Assembly: GCA_001724265.1 (NCBI GenBank)
Contig: MEDY01000222.1
Location: 1-48,251 of the forward strand
DNA length: 48,251 nt
Direction: 5' to 3'
Origin: Rhizaria sp. SCN 62-66
Taxonomy: Eukaryota
Positions 24,701-37,626 of the stretch are shown in pieces. Within the stretch, counting starts at the first letter, position 1. Each line of letters begins with the position of its first letter. The notes beneath the pieces were generated by a model. That model searched no databases, was not told where the DNA came from, and saw nothing but the letters and a program-made list of their open reading frames with translations. A program made the translations under genes and the position numbers.

Positions 24701-27449
24701 GCGGCTGCCGCCGGCGCCGACGCTGGCGGCACTCACGCCCAGAGCGGCCGCCAAAGTGTCTGTGCGAGCAAATGAACAATAATGGGTAAAAAGACATAAA
24801 GATAAGTGCTTTGTGAGGTACAAATCATTTAAAGATAATTAAAAATTTGATTTAAAAAAACTGATCAGAAATACACATTATCTCACTTCAAAAATGATAA
24901 ATATGATAAATATGAGAAGTTGGACGTACTGCGCGAGAGACCCAGCGCGCCCGCGTCGAGCACGGTCAGAGGATCGCACTCGGCGGCCAGCGCCGCCGCG
25001 CGCGCTGCAAGCGCCGCCGCCGCCGTGACGGCCGCACTGCTGCTCGCTGCAGCGCCGCCCTCGAGTTCCTCTTGCTCCGCGAGCGCGTCTGCGAGCGCCT
25101 CCTCGTGCGCCAGCGCCTTGGCGCGGTCCAGGGCGCGCTGCGCGGCGCGGGCCCCGCGCTCCTGCTGCCGCAGCGAGGCCGCCGTGCGCCGTGCGTCCAG
25201 CGCCGCGTCCAGCTCCGCGCCCGCCAGCGGCACGCGCGCCAGGGCAGAGTACAGCAGCATGCGGCTGCCCGCGGCGGCCGCAGCGGCGTCTCCTGCGGCG
25301 GCCGCAGTGGCGGTGGCCGCGGCGGCCGCGGAGGCGGCGGCGGCCACGGCGGCGGCGTTGGCGGCGGAGCTGGAGGCGGGCAGCGACCGGCCCATGAGCG
25401 CGTCGAGGGGAATCGCGGCGGCCGACTGGAAGGTGGGCGGCAAAGTCACGGCCGCGGGCACGCCCGAGACCTGGACCAGCGCGGCGGCGCCGGCGGAGGG
25501 GTGGGCGGCGTCAGAAGCGAAGAGCTGCATGGCCGACTGCAGCGCGGGGATCGCGAACACCTGCACCGGCATGCTGAAGCCGGAGTTAGTGGTTGTATGC
25601 CCAGCAGGAGCAACGGCAGGGGTCTGAGAGAGCAAAACGGCGTCCGTCGCGTTCACGTCGGCCGCGTCAGAACCGGACTCCGCGTCTGCGCTCGAGCTAG
25701 TCGTAGCGCTAGAAGCCGAGGTCGTAAGGAAAGACGCGTACGAGAGGGGCGCGCCCGTGGTGGGGTCGACGCCGGCGGCCTGAAACAGAGCGGCGGCGAG
25801 CGAACCAGCCCTCGCAGCGGCGGGGCCTACACCGGAAGAAACAAAAGCGGGGAATTGAAGACATAGATGAGTACCAGACCACAAACAAAGACAGAAATAA
25901 GATGAATATGTAAAATTTAAAACAAAATATTTCGAATAAATGTGATTCGAACCATGATATCGATTGTTTAAATGGAAAATTAGTCATTTTGGCCTGTTAC
26001 GTAAGACGAACCTCGCTCAGTGAGAATGACCGTGTTGAGGGGGTTTGCGAGCCACTGCGGCAGCACGCCGTCCGCGAAGGAGCCGTCGAGTGAGCTGGTG
26101 GTGCAGAGCACAACGAGCGGACGGCCCTGTGCGAGCATCGCCAGCAGGTCGTCGGGCGAATGCACCGACTGGAAGGAAGGGAACTTGATCAACGAGTCGA
26201 GAGCGGTCGCGGTAGTCGTCGCAGCCGACTGAGCCTTTGTCGCAGCCGCCGCGGCCGTGGCCGCCGCCGCCGCGTCCCCGCCCGCGGCCGCCGCAGCCGC
26301 CGCGGCCGCCGTGGCCGCCGCAGCCTGCTTGGTGGAGAGCGTCCTGAGCATCTCGTCGACCTTGCTCTGGAGCTCGTCGTTGAGCCACTCCTGCATGGTG
26401 CGCACCGACGCCAGCGTGGACTGCGCGACGGGGGAGAAAAACACCAGCGGCACGCCGTTCGGGGAGCCCAGGGCCGCGTTCGGGTTCGGGCTACGCGTGT
26501 GCAAAGTGCAGAAGATAGACAATGAGATTAGATACAAAACAATAAAGTGAAACGGAGATTATAGATCCACCACTCGTATGAAACTCATCAATTAAGAAAA
26601 AAACACATTAATAAAAGACGTAGTTTTGTTTTAGGACGACAAGTCCCGACTGACGTACTTGTAGACGAGTTTGCGTTCGATCCACTCCTCGTTGAGCAGA
26701 AACGCCGTCTCGAGCGCGCGCGCCGGGTTGACGGGCAGCAGCACGTTGCCGCCGCGCTGCAGCGTGGACGTGATGTTGGTCAGCAACTTGGTGCGGCGCA
26801 CCTTGCGCGACTCAAGCCGCGGGTGCAGCGCGTTATACGCGTCGGTGATGAGCACTGTCGGGTGGCGGCCCGCCGTCTCCATGAAGCCGCCATCGACGAG
26901 CTTGTCCTTAACATGGTTAAAGTCGACGGCGTAGACTATCGTCTCCGTCTCCTTGGTGAGCCGCCAGAAGGCGCCGCCGAGCAGGCGCCCCGCCGGGAAG
27001 GGCGTGATGACGATGCCCGCCCCGCGCGGCGGCGGCAGCGACGTTTCGCTGCTGAACGAGAGCGGGGTGATGCGTGCCAGCGCGGCGTCGATGTCCGCGG
27101 CCGTGAAGGGCAGCCGACTGAGCATGCGGAGCTCGCGGCGGGACGCCAGCGTGTCGTAGAGGCACTGCTCCGCGAGCTTCACCACGGGCAGCGTGGCGTA
27201 GATGGGCGCCGTGAGACCCGCCGTGGCAACTAGGTAGGGCAGCGCGCCGAGGTGCTCGATGTCGGGGAAGGACAGCAGCACGGCGTCGATCTCAGGGATG
27301 AGCGTCTTGAGCGTGTCCAGGTCGGCCTCGGCGAACTCCTCGGTCCAGCCGCAGTCCAGCAGGATGGTGAAGTTGTCGATGCGCAGCACCGAGCAGACGG
27401 GGCCGTGCGCCGCCACGAAGAGCGGGCGGAACGAAATCGACACGGACAT
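21716..27449 (-). CDS. CPSF2: Cleavage and polyadenylation specificity factor subunit 2 (CPSF100), ~1686 aa, with large Ala-rich insertions
   Basis: Exons (minus strand): 27449-26659, 26490-26012, 25826-24930, 24759-24060, 23909-21716; GT-AG introns, frame-consistent, total 5061 nt. CPSF100 motifs recognised: ILLDCGW, DAVLLSFPDIEHLGALPY, IVYAVDFNH, LQRGGNVLLPV, NTVILTERG, DGRSDGPSILNII..MAPRKVVI, and C-terminal IEG..CDD..RVRRVLYDQF. It ends in TAA. Confidence 0.92.
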
Positions 27450-28511
27450 TATATACGCTTAGCAATCCGTGGCGAAAGCGTCACAGACGTGTGCGAGCTG
27501 CTGTGAGCGCGAAAGATGCTGACGAGACGTGCTTGTGCTTGGAAGATCACTTCTCAATCGCTCTCTCTGGGAGTGATTGCGTTGACGTTGGACTTGCTGC
27601 TTTGGTCTGAGCACAAGTGTGGACGAAAGTGTCCGCGCTGGAGTGCGCTGTGGCGACGTTAGAGCGCGTGAAAAGAAAGACTGCTGGCAGTCTAGAGAAA
27701 GATAGTGAAGATGATGCAAAGACAGAGTCTGTCCTGCTGGGCTGTAAGGTGGTGGGGATGGAGGGGTTAAAAAGGGTCTTGTGAGGCAAATGAAAAATAT
27801 TACACATAACGCTATGGCTGCAGTACATAATTTGATTTTCACCACGGAACAACGGATCTATATCCGCTTTTGAGGTATTACTCACTTGCGCGACTTTGTC
27901 TTCTACGTTCTTCGGTAGACGGCTCAGCTGGTTCCTAAAAATTGACTTCTGTGAGTGCTGTGTTGTTGTAAGTGAATACACCGCGATGAGAACCTCAATC
28001 AATGACAAATATTATTGTTTATATGCTCAATATCTGCATTTTATATTGGCACTTTGGTCGGTTTTTTACGTCTGAGAATATACTTGTAGAACTTCGGTGC
28101 TGCTTGGCGAACGTGCAGAAGCGGGTTGAGCATAACATAGCGCCATTAGATGCAGCAATAAGTTGTATTGTAAATAATCTGAAGTGCATATGAGTAAAAA
28201 AAATTTGGTAGTGTAATAAATAACTCTCAAATTTGTCAGACGAACAATCATGTTGCTGTGTTATTCGTCAACTGTTTACTAGGTAACGAGTGATCGTGTG
28301 ATGGAGAGTACACAAGAGCTTTGTTTGATCACGTATTTGCTCGAAAAAATGAGTCTGCTGGGATAAAAGGGAGGATGCGTCGTATCTGCAGCTATGACGC
28401 CGGCATGTGGCAAAGAATAGCGAGATTAATAAATCCCTTTACTGAAATTGCTACGACTGATGTGAGAGGACCGCTGTGGTTGAGTCAGAAGCGCACGCTC
28501 AGTGTCAAAAT

Positions 28512-29462
28512 TCAGCCATTCGGCGGCTGTGTTCCAGCATGTGTCCTTGCGCTCAAGACTCGCTGCCTCTCGTCAGCCCCTGCCGCCGCCGCGGCCGCCG
28601 CAGCCGCAGCCTCTGCCGCAGCCGCTTTGTCAGAGAAATAGATGTGGTGGCTGAAGGCAACGAACGCCTGTCCGATCGCATAAGCAATCAGCACTGTGCC
28701 CAGCAACGCTGTCATCGGCGTGGGGCCGACGACGCGGAAATACGACTCGATTCCGCGGCAAATGAGCTGCATAGGGTCGGGGAAGCGCAGGGGCCGCCTA
28801 ACTATAGCAGTGCGCATCGCGCCGGCGACGCGGCCCAGCGGCGGCTTGGCCAGGGCGGCGCGCAGAGCGGCGGCAACACGCTGCTGTTGCTGTTGCAGCG
28901 GTTGTTGCTGTTTCCACAGCTGCAGCTGCGGGACAGCGTTGGCGACGGTCGTTGCCGTGCGATGCAGAAACGTCGTGACGCGCGAAAACGCCGAGACAGA
29001 CCGTGAGCGCAAGCTCGTCCAGTGGCCGCGAGCGGCGACTGCGAGGTGGTGACTGTGCGCGGCAGTGGTAAGGCGACTGTGAGCAGCGTCAAAGCGACTG
29101 CGAGCTGCGTCCGAAACGCGGCTGCGCGCCGCGGCGAGGTAACTGCGTGCAGTGTCAACAAAGCGGTCAGCGTTGGCCGTTGCAGTATTAGCAGCGTAAT
29201 GGCTCTAAGTGGGGGCAGCATTAGCCGCATTAGCTGTCGCGGTCGGTGCTGATGTCGCCGCTGTAGCTGCTGCAGCTGCAGGCGCAGCGGGAGCATAAGG
29301 CCTGGCGGTGGGGCCTTCGGCGGAGACACCGGTTACTGCACTGGCGGCATCGCGGTTGCTGTGAAAGCTCGCGCGAAGGCTTAAGCAAACAGATGGAGAG
29401 CTGGTGGCGTTTGTTTGACTGATGTGCTTGCTTGTGAGTTGTTTGAAGAATGAGCCGAGCAT
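28512..29462 (-). CDS. Hypothetical ~316-aa protein with a C-terminal TM helix and a possible mitochondrial presequence; contains an in-frame TAG at 29205-29207
   Basis: ORF 29205..29657 ends in TAG, and the same frame stays open for 64 codons into ORF 28512..29012, which ends in TGA. The bridging segment has a protein-like internal repeat (ARSYLAAARSRVSDAARSRFDAAHSRLTTAAHSH). There is a hydrophobic stretch (MTALLGTVLIAYAIGQAFVAF). The start codon is uncertain because a GTGAGT lies immediately upstream of the ATG. Confidence 0.55.
29205..29207 (-). other. In-frame TAG codon in the hypothetical membrane protein gene (candidate sense codon)
   Basis: Minus strand reads GCC CCC ACT TAG AGC CAT TAC (APT*SHY), with the frame open on both sides. 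Confidence 0.55.
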
Positions 29463-30507
29463 ACTCACACCGCGTCGGGTGGTGCAAGTCCTCCCCGCGG
29501 TGTAGAGTTGTGTGTGAAAAGACTTGAAAACAGTGTGGGGGCAAGGATCAGATCGATGGAGGGTGTGAGAGTGATTGGGGAAAGAAAGAGACTCTGGTGC
29601 AAGTGTGCCGCATAGTCCTAAGCAAACTAGCTGACGCGGCTGTGTTTGAAACAACAAACTGGAACAGTAATTGTGTAAGAAGCAAGCGCAATAGCCATCT
29701 CAAATTGTCGCACTCCTGTTTCATCGTGAGTCGCGACGACACAAAGGCGTAATAGCGGCGTCGCAAGTCCAATCGGAGAGTCGGAACGACAAGATCCGTT
29801 CTGAAGAATCTTGAGTGATAAATGCTTACAAAAGATGCTTCCGAAATATAAACTATAATATCATCATTATTATATTCTGTAAACTACGTTTTACACATGC
29901 ATAACGAATTGAACGTGAGATACACCTCGAAGTTAGAATGTCTCAACCCCTGCGTCGTCTCCACCACAAATCGACTTTTATATGTTGAACAGTACATGTG
30001 GGTATCATATCACACGTTTTAACAGTGAAGGCAAGAGTTTTATTCAAGAATAAGTGTGCGTCACTACTTTTTGAATCACATCATCAAAAATATCGCGGTT
30101 ATAAGCGGTCTTCAGTTTAAATTAGTTGATGTATCAGAAAAAGAGATAATCTAGTCATCTGCAACGTAAGCCGACACTCGCAGCATAGCACAGCAACAAA
30201 ACTCAACACGCTCATAAATACGTGATTCAACGACTCAACAGTTCAGGGAAAAGAACTGTAACACCGCGTACAATACGCGACATTACAACGACATACAAAA
30301 AAAAAAAAATTAACTCTGCAAAACAAAACACGCACGAAAAAATCGTCTTGTGTTCCATATTGTTTTGTGACCTTTCTTTCACTGGTTTCACTGCACTAGC
30401 TCTCTCTACCTGCTTGCTTACTCGCGAGTGAGATCGCACATTTTTCTCCGCGTCGACGTCGCTAATATGTACAAAAAATGTCTCGTATCTGTCTCGTCTC
30501 GTCTCGC

Positions 30508-33500
30508 TCAGTGTGTGATGAGACGAACTCCGCCCAGATCCTCGAGCTTAAGCGTGAACCCTGGCTGCGGCGACGTGATGAACAGGTGGTTGCGCCCAAT
30601 CCCGAGCTTGACACTGATGTACGCCACCATCGCGGGCGTGAACCGGCCCTTGACCAGCACGAGATCGATGCGCAGCTTGAGGTACTGCTCGTTGAGCATC
30701 TGCACGTTGTGAGCCAGGAACGGCGGGATGTTGCTCTCGTGGTCGAACACGTGGATGATGCGCAGCCACGAGCAGTCCTCGTTGTCACGGATGTACAGCA
30801 CGGCCTTGTTCAGCACAGACAAGTCGCCGTTCTTGGTGAAAAACCCCATCGGCGCGTCGCGGATGCTCACCTGGGCGTCGCGCAGCCACTGCGCCACGTT
30901 CCACTTCCGGCCGCTGCAGCAACCGCCGCCGCCGCCGCTGCCACCGAGGCGGCGGCTGCGGCGGCCCCCCATCGCGGCAACGCCGCCGCCGCTGCTGCTG
31001 TTGCAGAGCTCGGCGCCGTTGCTGTTGCTGTTGCTACTCGCGTTACCGCCAGCGCCGGGGGCAGCGCCGGCGGCGGCGTTGCGGCGCAGAGTCATCTCGC
31101 TCTCGTCGCCGCCGGAGTAGGCCGTGGCGAACTCGCAGTCGCTGCCGTCGTCGTCGCTCTCGCTCTCGCAGCCGCTGTCGCCGTCGCAGTCGCTGAGGCC
31201 GCACGCGATGCGGCCCGCGACCGCGACAGCGCCAGCGCCAGCGCCAGTGCCCGCGCCCGCGCCGGAGGCGGCGTGACCGCTGCAGCTTCTAGCGGCAGTG
31301 CTAGAGTTGCCGGTGCCGCTGGCGGCGCTGCGGGCGCCGGCGCTGCTGTGGGGGATAAGGGGCGCGTCGGGGCCGACGGTGGCCACGGCGTCCAGTGCGC
31401 CGTAGTCGCTGCCGTTGAGGCTGCCGCAGGCGCTAACAGCCCCCACCCCCACGCCGCCGCCCACGCCGACGCCGACGCCGGAGCCGGCAACGGAGCCGGC
31501 GACGGAGCCCAGGGCCAGCACGGTCGACGTGGCATTAGCCTCGGCGTCGGCACCGGCGCCAGAGACGGCAGCGCCGGGGGCGGCCGTAGGACAGTGACCG
31601 TGCCCGTGACCGTGCGCGTGGGACTTGCGGGGGCGAGAGGACGAGGAGGACGAGGAGCGACGGCCGGAGCAGATGCGGCAGGGCAGCCCCGAGGCGACGA
31701 AGGCCAGCAGCCGCAGCACTTGGAGGCGGAAGAACATGACGAGGATGAGCGACCAAGCGATGGTGAAGTAGAGCGAAAAGACAAACACGATGTCGGGGTC
31801 GCGCAGCACCGCGCCCACGATGCCAGCGCACGTCGCAAAAAATGCCACCAGGGCCGCGGACCAGCTCGTCGTCACCTCGGCGACAAGCGTCGCGCCTGTG
31901 GCAAAACAAAGAGATACAACAAGGTAGTGAGTGAGGTGATAAGAGAAACGCATTGATATAAAGATATATGGACACATAACAGCATATAAGCATAAAATAT
32001 AACAAAGATAACTCAATGCATCTTAAGATCACAGAATGTTGCAAGAATCCGTGATATTGCGAAGTTATTGTGAGATATAAACGTACGCTTGACCTTGATG
32101 AGCATGACGCCGAGTGCAAAGAGCCCCATGACGAAGAGGAACGCCAAGGAGTATGTCTGCGCGAGCGACGTGACGTTCTGGTCCAGGATGAGATACATGG
32201 AGCAGCAGAGCGCGCAGAAGGAGAAGATGATCCAGTGGTTCGTATGGCGCAGCGAGTTTTGCGCGAGGAAGAACTGCGGCAGGCAGCGGTCCATAGCGAG
32301 GCGGCGCACAAGTCCGGTGACGCCGACGTAGGCCGTGAGGACGCCGCCGGCGAGCACCAGGAAGGCGTCGACGCAGACGACGGTGTCAAGCCACGTGCCC
32401 TCGATGACGGTCGAGGCCAGGAGTCCGACGATTGTGGTGACGTGTCCGCCCGCGATCACCGCGGACAGGTCCAGGAACGTCACAGCGGCGAGCGAGAGGA
32501 GGATGTTGAAGATGGTACACAGGACCCACATGTTCCGCAGCGTCTTGACGAACACGCCGGGCTTCTGTTCCTCGACGTAGTTGGCGGAGCTCTCGAAGCC
32601 CGTCACGCCAAGCATCGCGGCGGAGAAGCCGTAGAAGATGGCGAGCCCGAGCTTGGGCTGCATCAGCTTCGTGTACTCGAAGTTCTTCGCGAGCCAGAAG
32701 AGAGGAAAGCCTTCGCCCGTGTCCGCGGCGGCGGGCCCGCCCCCGGCGGCAACGCGCACGTAGAAGACGACGCACATGACGACAAGGAAGGTCATGGTGG
32801 CTATGTGGGTGCAGAAGATGCCGAGCGCGACTGAGGCCGACTCGCCGATACCGACGAAGTTGAGCACCGCGAAGAGCAACAACAGCCCCAGCGTGCCGTA
32901 GAGGATCCAGTCCTGGTCGAAGCCGCACGCGCGCTGAAGGTAGTGCATCGCTTCGGCGGCGCAGACGACGGCCGTGGCCGTGTACGAGAGCAGGGTGAGC
33001 ACGGCGGCGATGGCAGCCGTGGACTTCTTGGTGGTGTTGAGCAGCACGTTGTACGCGCCGCCGTTGAGCGGCAGCGACGTCACGGCCTCGCCGTAGACGC
33101 CGCGGAAGAGATACAGCACCATCGTGACGAAGAAGACCGACAGGGGCGCGAACACGCCCGCCTCCTGTGACGTCTGCCCAACCATGTAGAAGAGGCTGCC
33201 CGTGGCATCGTTGCCGCAGATGGCCGTCGCGCGCGCCTCGCCCAGCTTGTGTCCGCGCCGCAGCAGCGCGCGGTAGGGCTGCAGCGAGCGCGTGACGCGC
33301 GCCGCCGCGGACCGGATCGGCCCCAGTGTCGCGCGGGGCTTGCCAACATCAGCGGCGGCGGCGGCGGCGGCAGAGTCCGCGCCGGCCGCGCCAGCCGAGG
33401 CCTTGCCGGTGTGGCCAGTGTTGTCGGTGTTGCCCAACAGCGAGGCGTTCATGTCACTGCGCGCCGAGACCTGCGCGGGCCCGTCCGCAGCGCCGCCGAT

Positions 33501-34909
33501 GCTGTGGCTGGGGCCGCGCGCGCGGGAGGAGCGCGACATCGACATTGCGGCCTTGCGGGTGATGGGGTGCATCAGCGTCGACTCGGACTCCTGGTAGTGA
33601 GAGTCGTCGCCTGTGTTGTTGCTCGCGGCCAGGCTGCCGGTGGCGATGATGGGGGACAGCTGCGAGTGCAGGGCCGTGCTCGCGGCGGTGGAGATGCTGC
33701 TTGCGCTGTTGTTGTTGCTGTTATTGTTGCCACTAGCAGTCGAGGCGAGGCGCGGGGACGCGATGAGCACGTGCTTGCCGGAGGTGCCAGAGGTGCCCGG
33801 GGGGGTGCCGGCGCCGCTGCCGCTGCTGACAGTGCCGTTGGGGTTCGTGATGAGGTTCGGGGAGCCGGAGCGCAGTGAACCCACCACGAAACCGCTGCCA
33901 CTGCCGCTGCCGTTGCCGTTGTTGTTGTTGTTGTTGTTGCTGCTGCTGGGCACAGTGGGGGAAAACCCGTCGTTGCCCGTAGACTCGAGGTGGAACTTGA
34001 GGGGCGTGGCGAAGCCGAGACGCTGCTGGTTGCTGCCCAAACCGCCGGCGCCGCTGCTGTTGTTGTTGTTATGAGGCAACAGAGCAGAGGCGGCGGTGGC
34101 AACGGGCGCGAGAATGCCGCTGCCGTTGCCGCTGCCGCCGCCGCCGCGGCCGCCGTGGCCGTGGTGGTGGTGATGATGATGGTGCGAGGGCGGGGGAGGC
34201 GCGGGGGCGCCACGAATGACGTGTGAGTCGTCGACATGGCTCCCTGCACCGCCCTTATTGCTGTTGTTGCCGGCGGAAGAAGGCGCGAGTTGCGCCGCCA
34301 GACCCGCGGTCGCGCGGCCGTCACCGTCGCCGTCGTAGAAGTGAGGGTCCGTCGAGTCCTCGTAGTCGTCAAAGTCGCCCTCCAGCTCGCCGGCGAGGAA
34401 CTCGGCGTCCAGCGCCGTCAGCGCCGCGGGCGGGACGATGATCGAACTAGACCATGCGTCGTGCACGCCTGGAGAGCAAACATTGAAATGTAGAAGAAAA
34501 ATAAAAACAAATCAGGTTGGGAAATGTAAGTATAGTCACAATAATTCAAAATCGCGTCGAAAATCGTTCCGAGATAAACGCGGTTTACTGCGTTCGGCGA
34601 GGAGAGGATATCGTTGGACGTACTGCTGCTGCCGCCGTTGTTGTGACTCGAGGTCGGGAAGGTGCCCTCGGGAAAGGTCTCCGTGCCGGACATAACGACG
34701 TTGAGGTGCACCGAGGATGGGTACGCGCTGTGGAGCGGCGCGGTCGAGCCGAGCGAATCGCTGTGCGCGAGCGACGTCCCCGACAGCGAGTCGGTGCTGG
34801 TGGAGCCGGCGAGAGCGCCAGCAACGCCCGCGCCGCCGCCGTCGGCAGAGGCATTGCGGGGGGAGCCGCCGGTGGAGCTGTTGGAGCCGCCCAAGCGTGC
34901 AGAGTCCAT
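30508..34909 (-). CDS. APC-superfamily amino-acid permease, ~1351 aa, with a long disordered N-terminus and a C-terminal soluble domain
   Basis: Exons: 34909-34624, 34468-32087, 31895-30508; both introns are GTACGT...CAG in phase 1; total 4056 nt. About 12 hydrophobic segments with motifs ATAICGNDATGSLFY, LPLNGGAYNVLLNT, GFESSANYVEEQ and LAMDRCLPQ, then FFTKNGDLSVLNKAVLYIRDNE. It ends in TGA. Confidence 0.88.
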
Positions 34910-35935
34910 TTGTAGTGCGGTGAGCGCGCGTCTAGCCGTTTCTTTGCCGTGTGAAGGGAAAGAAAGGGCAGACGAGGACCGCAGAAACAAAAGTTCTGCT
35001 AAAGGGGGGACTGTGATTAAGGCGATGTTGGAGTGTAAATAGGAATGAAATAGCACGATCAAGTGGAAATTAAGTGGAGCAAAACAAAGACCAAGTTGAC
35101 ATAGCAAAGGCAGCTCGTCTTTCTTGTCAAAATGATGGTTGAAACAAAAGGTCAAGTCCACCGTGTGGCTCGCAGCGGTCGTCTGTGCGAAAATCGATAT
35201 TGGATCTCCATCTACAAATCCGTGCACAGTGCATGCGGGCAAATGCTCGAATAACATATCTTCGTGTACAAACTACATGTTCAATAATACTCCCTAAAAG
35301 TGAAACTACATCTCGGAAAAGCCGTGTTCGTTCTGCCCCCATCCTGGGTCGCTCTCGTCATCGCGTTCGCCCGTCGCTCATCAAAATCACTCAGTGATCA
35401 CATAGTTTCTCTTCTTCGCACTCCACAAACTACGTTTCCTCGAAATTCAACTTGTGATCACGCTTTTTGTATGCGGTTCTTAGTGTTTTCAAGTTTTTTC
35501 ATTTCCAACCACTCTGGGATATCTCCTTATCTTGGGTGTGAGTACCTCGCCATACCGCAGGCACTGTTTTGGACTCAAGCAGTCACGCAACAGTCTATGT
35601 TCGGCCCAAATTGACTTGCAACACCGCCGATCAAGTTAAAGACAGACGTCAACCTTGTTTCTGTCACTTGTTTCAACAGCACCACTGATTCTGATCACTG
35701 TGGATATGACCGTAACATCAGCACCTGCAAACCAATATCTTCTCTTCATTCACGTCGAAAAAGGCAATCAAAGAAGCTAGTTTATTCATGGACTATATAG
35801 AAATAACTCAAATCAATCTCAACTGCATCGACAAGCGGCGAGAATGATAAACAAAAACTGTTCAGATACTTTTATGTTTCTTCAAGCTGCACTCCGTTGA
35901 TTTCACAAAAGGCTCACTCACGCGACAAAAAGCGC

Positions 35936-37595
35936 TTAGCTGCGCTTGAGCGTGACACTCGCGACCATCTGGACCAAATACCTTGCCACCGCCGGACCCA
36001 ACGTCTCCCTCCGCCTCCCACCAATCGCCCCGCCATCACCACCGCTCCCAGCCGCTCCCGCCGCTGCCGCTGCCGCCGCGGCTGCTGATGCTGCGTTGTG
36101 ATTGAGTCCCTGGTTGGTGCAGATCTCCCCCACGCGCGCCACAACGTCAACCCACACGTCGGCCGCGCCCAGCGTGGCCAGCCCGGCCGCCTGCGCCTGC
36201 GCCACCGCTCCGCCCACACTCACCCGCCGCAGTGGCAGCCGCGACGCCGAAGGAGACGGCGACACGGCCGACTGACCGCCGCTGCCACAGCTGTTCGCGC
36301 CAGCTGCCACCGGCGCCACGGTGAGCGGGGCGAGCGAGAGCAGCAGCGGCGGCGGCAGGAGCCCGAAGTCTTTCTCGAGCTCTGCGGCGGCCGCGAGCCG
36401 TTTGGCGCGGGCAGCGGCCTCTCGAGCACCCACAGCCGGCGCGGCACCTGTGGATGCGGCGGACGTCTTCGCTGCTACCTCTGCGGATAGGAACGAGAGA
36501 GGAATGATGGCGCCGTGGGCCAAATATCGAGCAGCTTGCTGCTGCTGCTGCTGTTGCTGCTGCTGTTCAGGGACGGTATTCGCAGCATTCGCAGTATTCG
36601 CAGCGTTGTGGCCGGCGGTGTGGTTGGGCAGCACGAGCGCGAGCCCGCGGAGCTGGAGCTCGTCCCGGAGCACCTTGACGACCGTGGTCCGCAGCGCCTG
36701 CACCGTGGGCAGCACGGCGAAGACCCCCGTGGCGCGCCCCTGCGACACGAGCGGGATCTGGATGAGCGCGCGGAACCAGGCCTACGAGGCCGCGGCCAGG
36801 CGCTGGCCGCGCACCACAGCCGCCGCGCGCAGCGCCACGGGCGCCGAGGTCGTCGTCAGCGCCAGGAACGGGTCCGCGGACCGGGCAAACTCTCGCGACT
36901 GAGACCGCGCCACGGCAGCCAGCGCGGCCGAGACCGACAAAACGCCGTCGATCGGGCGCAGACGCAGGCCGCGGCGCAGCGCCACCGCCGAGAGCGTCAG
37001 CGACGCGGCCGCGGTCGACGCGAACGGGGACTAGTCGGGTGAAAACAATAGCCGCAAACGCAAGAGAGATGTGAGTTGTGTTAAAGTGAAACATTGCGAG
37101 AGATAAACAACGCGTATGAAGATAAATCAAACATGTAGTCAGACGGGAAATGCACTCCTTAAAATAATATGCCACAAGTTCCTAATATTTAGCCATTTCT
37201 GTTTTATATCTAGATTTGACGTACTTTGACGACGGCCCCGCCCGACGCGGCCGCGCAGTGGACGGCGACGGCCTCGCCCAGCTCGGCCCGCGCGCGCTGC
37301 TGCAGCGCCACGGCGGCGGCGCGCGTGACCGTGGCGTGCATGTCGAGCACGAGCACGGTCACGGCGTGCCGCGGCAGTGCGGCCTTAAGCAGGAAGAGAT
37401 AGAGCTCGAGCGCGGAGACGTGGCCCGGCGGAGGCAGTGCGCCGCCCGCCGCGCCCGCCGCGCCGGCTTTGGGCGGAGCGGCCCGGGGGGGCGGCGCGGC
37501 GGCGGCGGAGGGCTGGGGTAGCGAGCGGTCGAGGCGTGCGCGGCAAAACGGGCACACATCACCGCGATTGACACTGCCGCCGTTACTGCTACTGT

Positions 37596-37626
<31 letters not shown>

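Noticed and set aside
26006-26011. GTTCGT donor in CPSF2 intron 2 as a non-canonical intron
   Set aside because: It is still GT-AG and only one mismatch from the local GTACGT consensus.
301-35722. Shared 11-mer GTAACATCAGC at ~301 and ~35712
   Set aside because: It is too short and is compatible with chance in 48 kb.
3843-36784. Calling the three TAG-containing genes pseudogenes
   Set aside because: Each has only one lesion, always TAG, with no frameshifts or other stops over hundreds to thousands of codons. This is not fully excluded but is less parsimonious than sense decoding.
3843-36784. Pyrrolysine, selenocysteine, or ciliate-type TAR=Gln code as the explanation
   Set aside because: Pyrrolysine is not known in eukaryotes and selenocysteine uses TGA. 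TAA ends three genes here, including CPSF2 at its conserved C-terminus, so both TAR codons cannot be sense.
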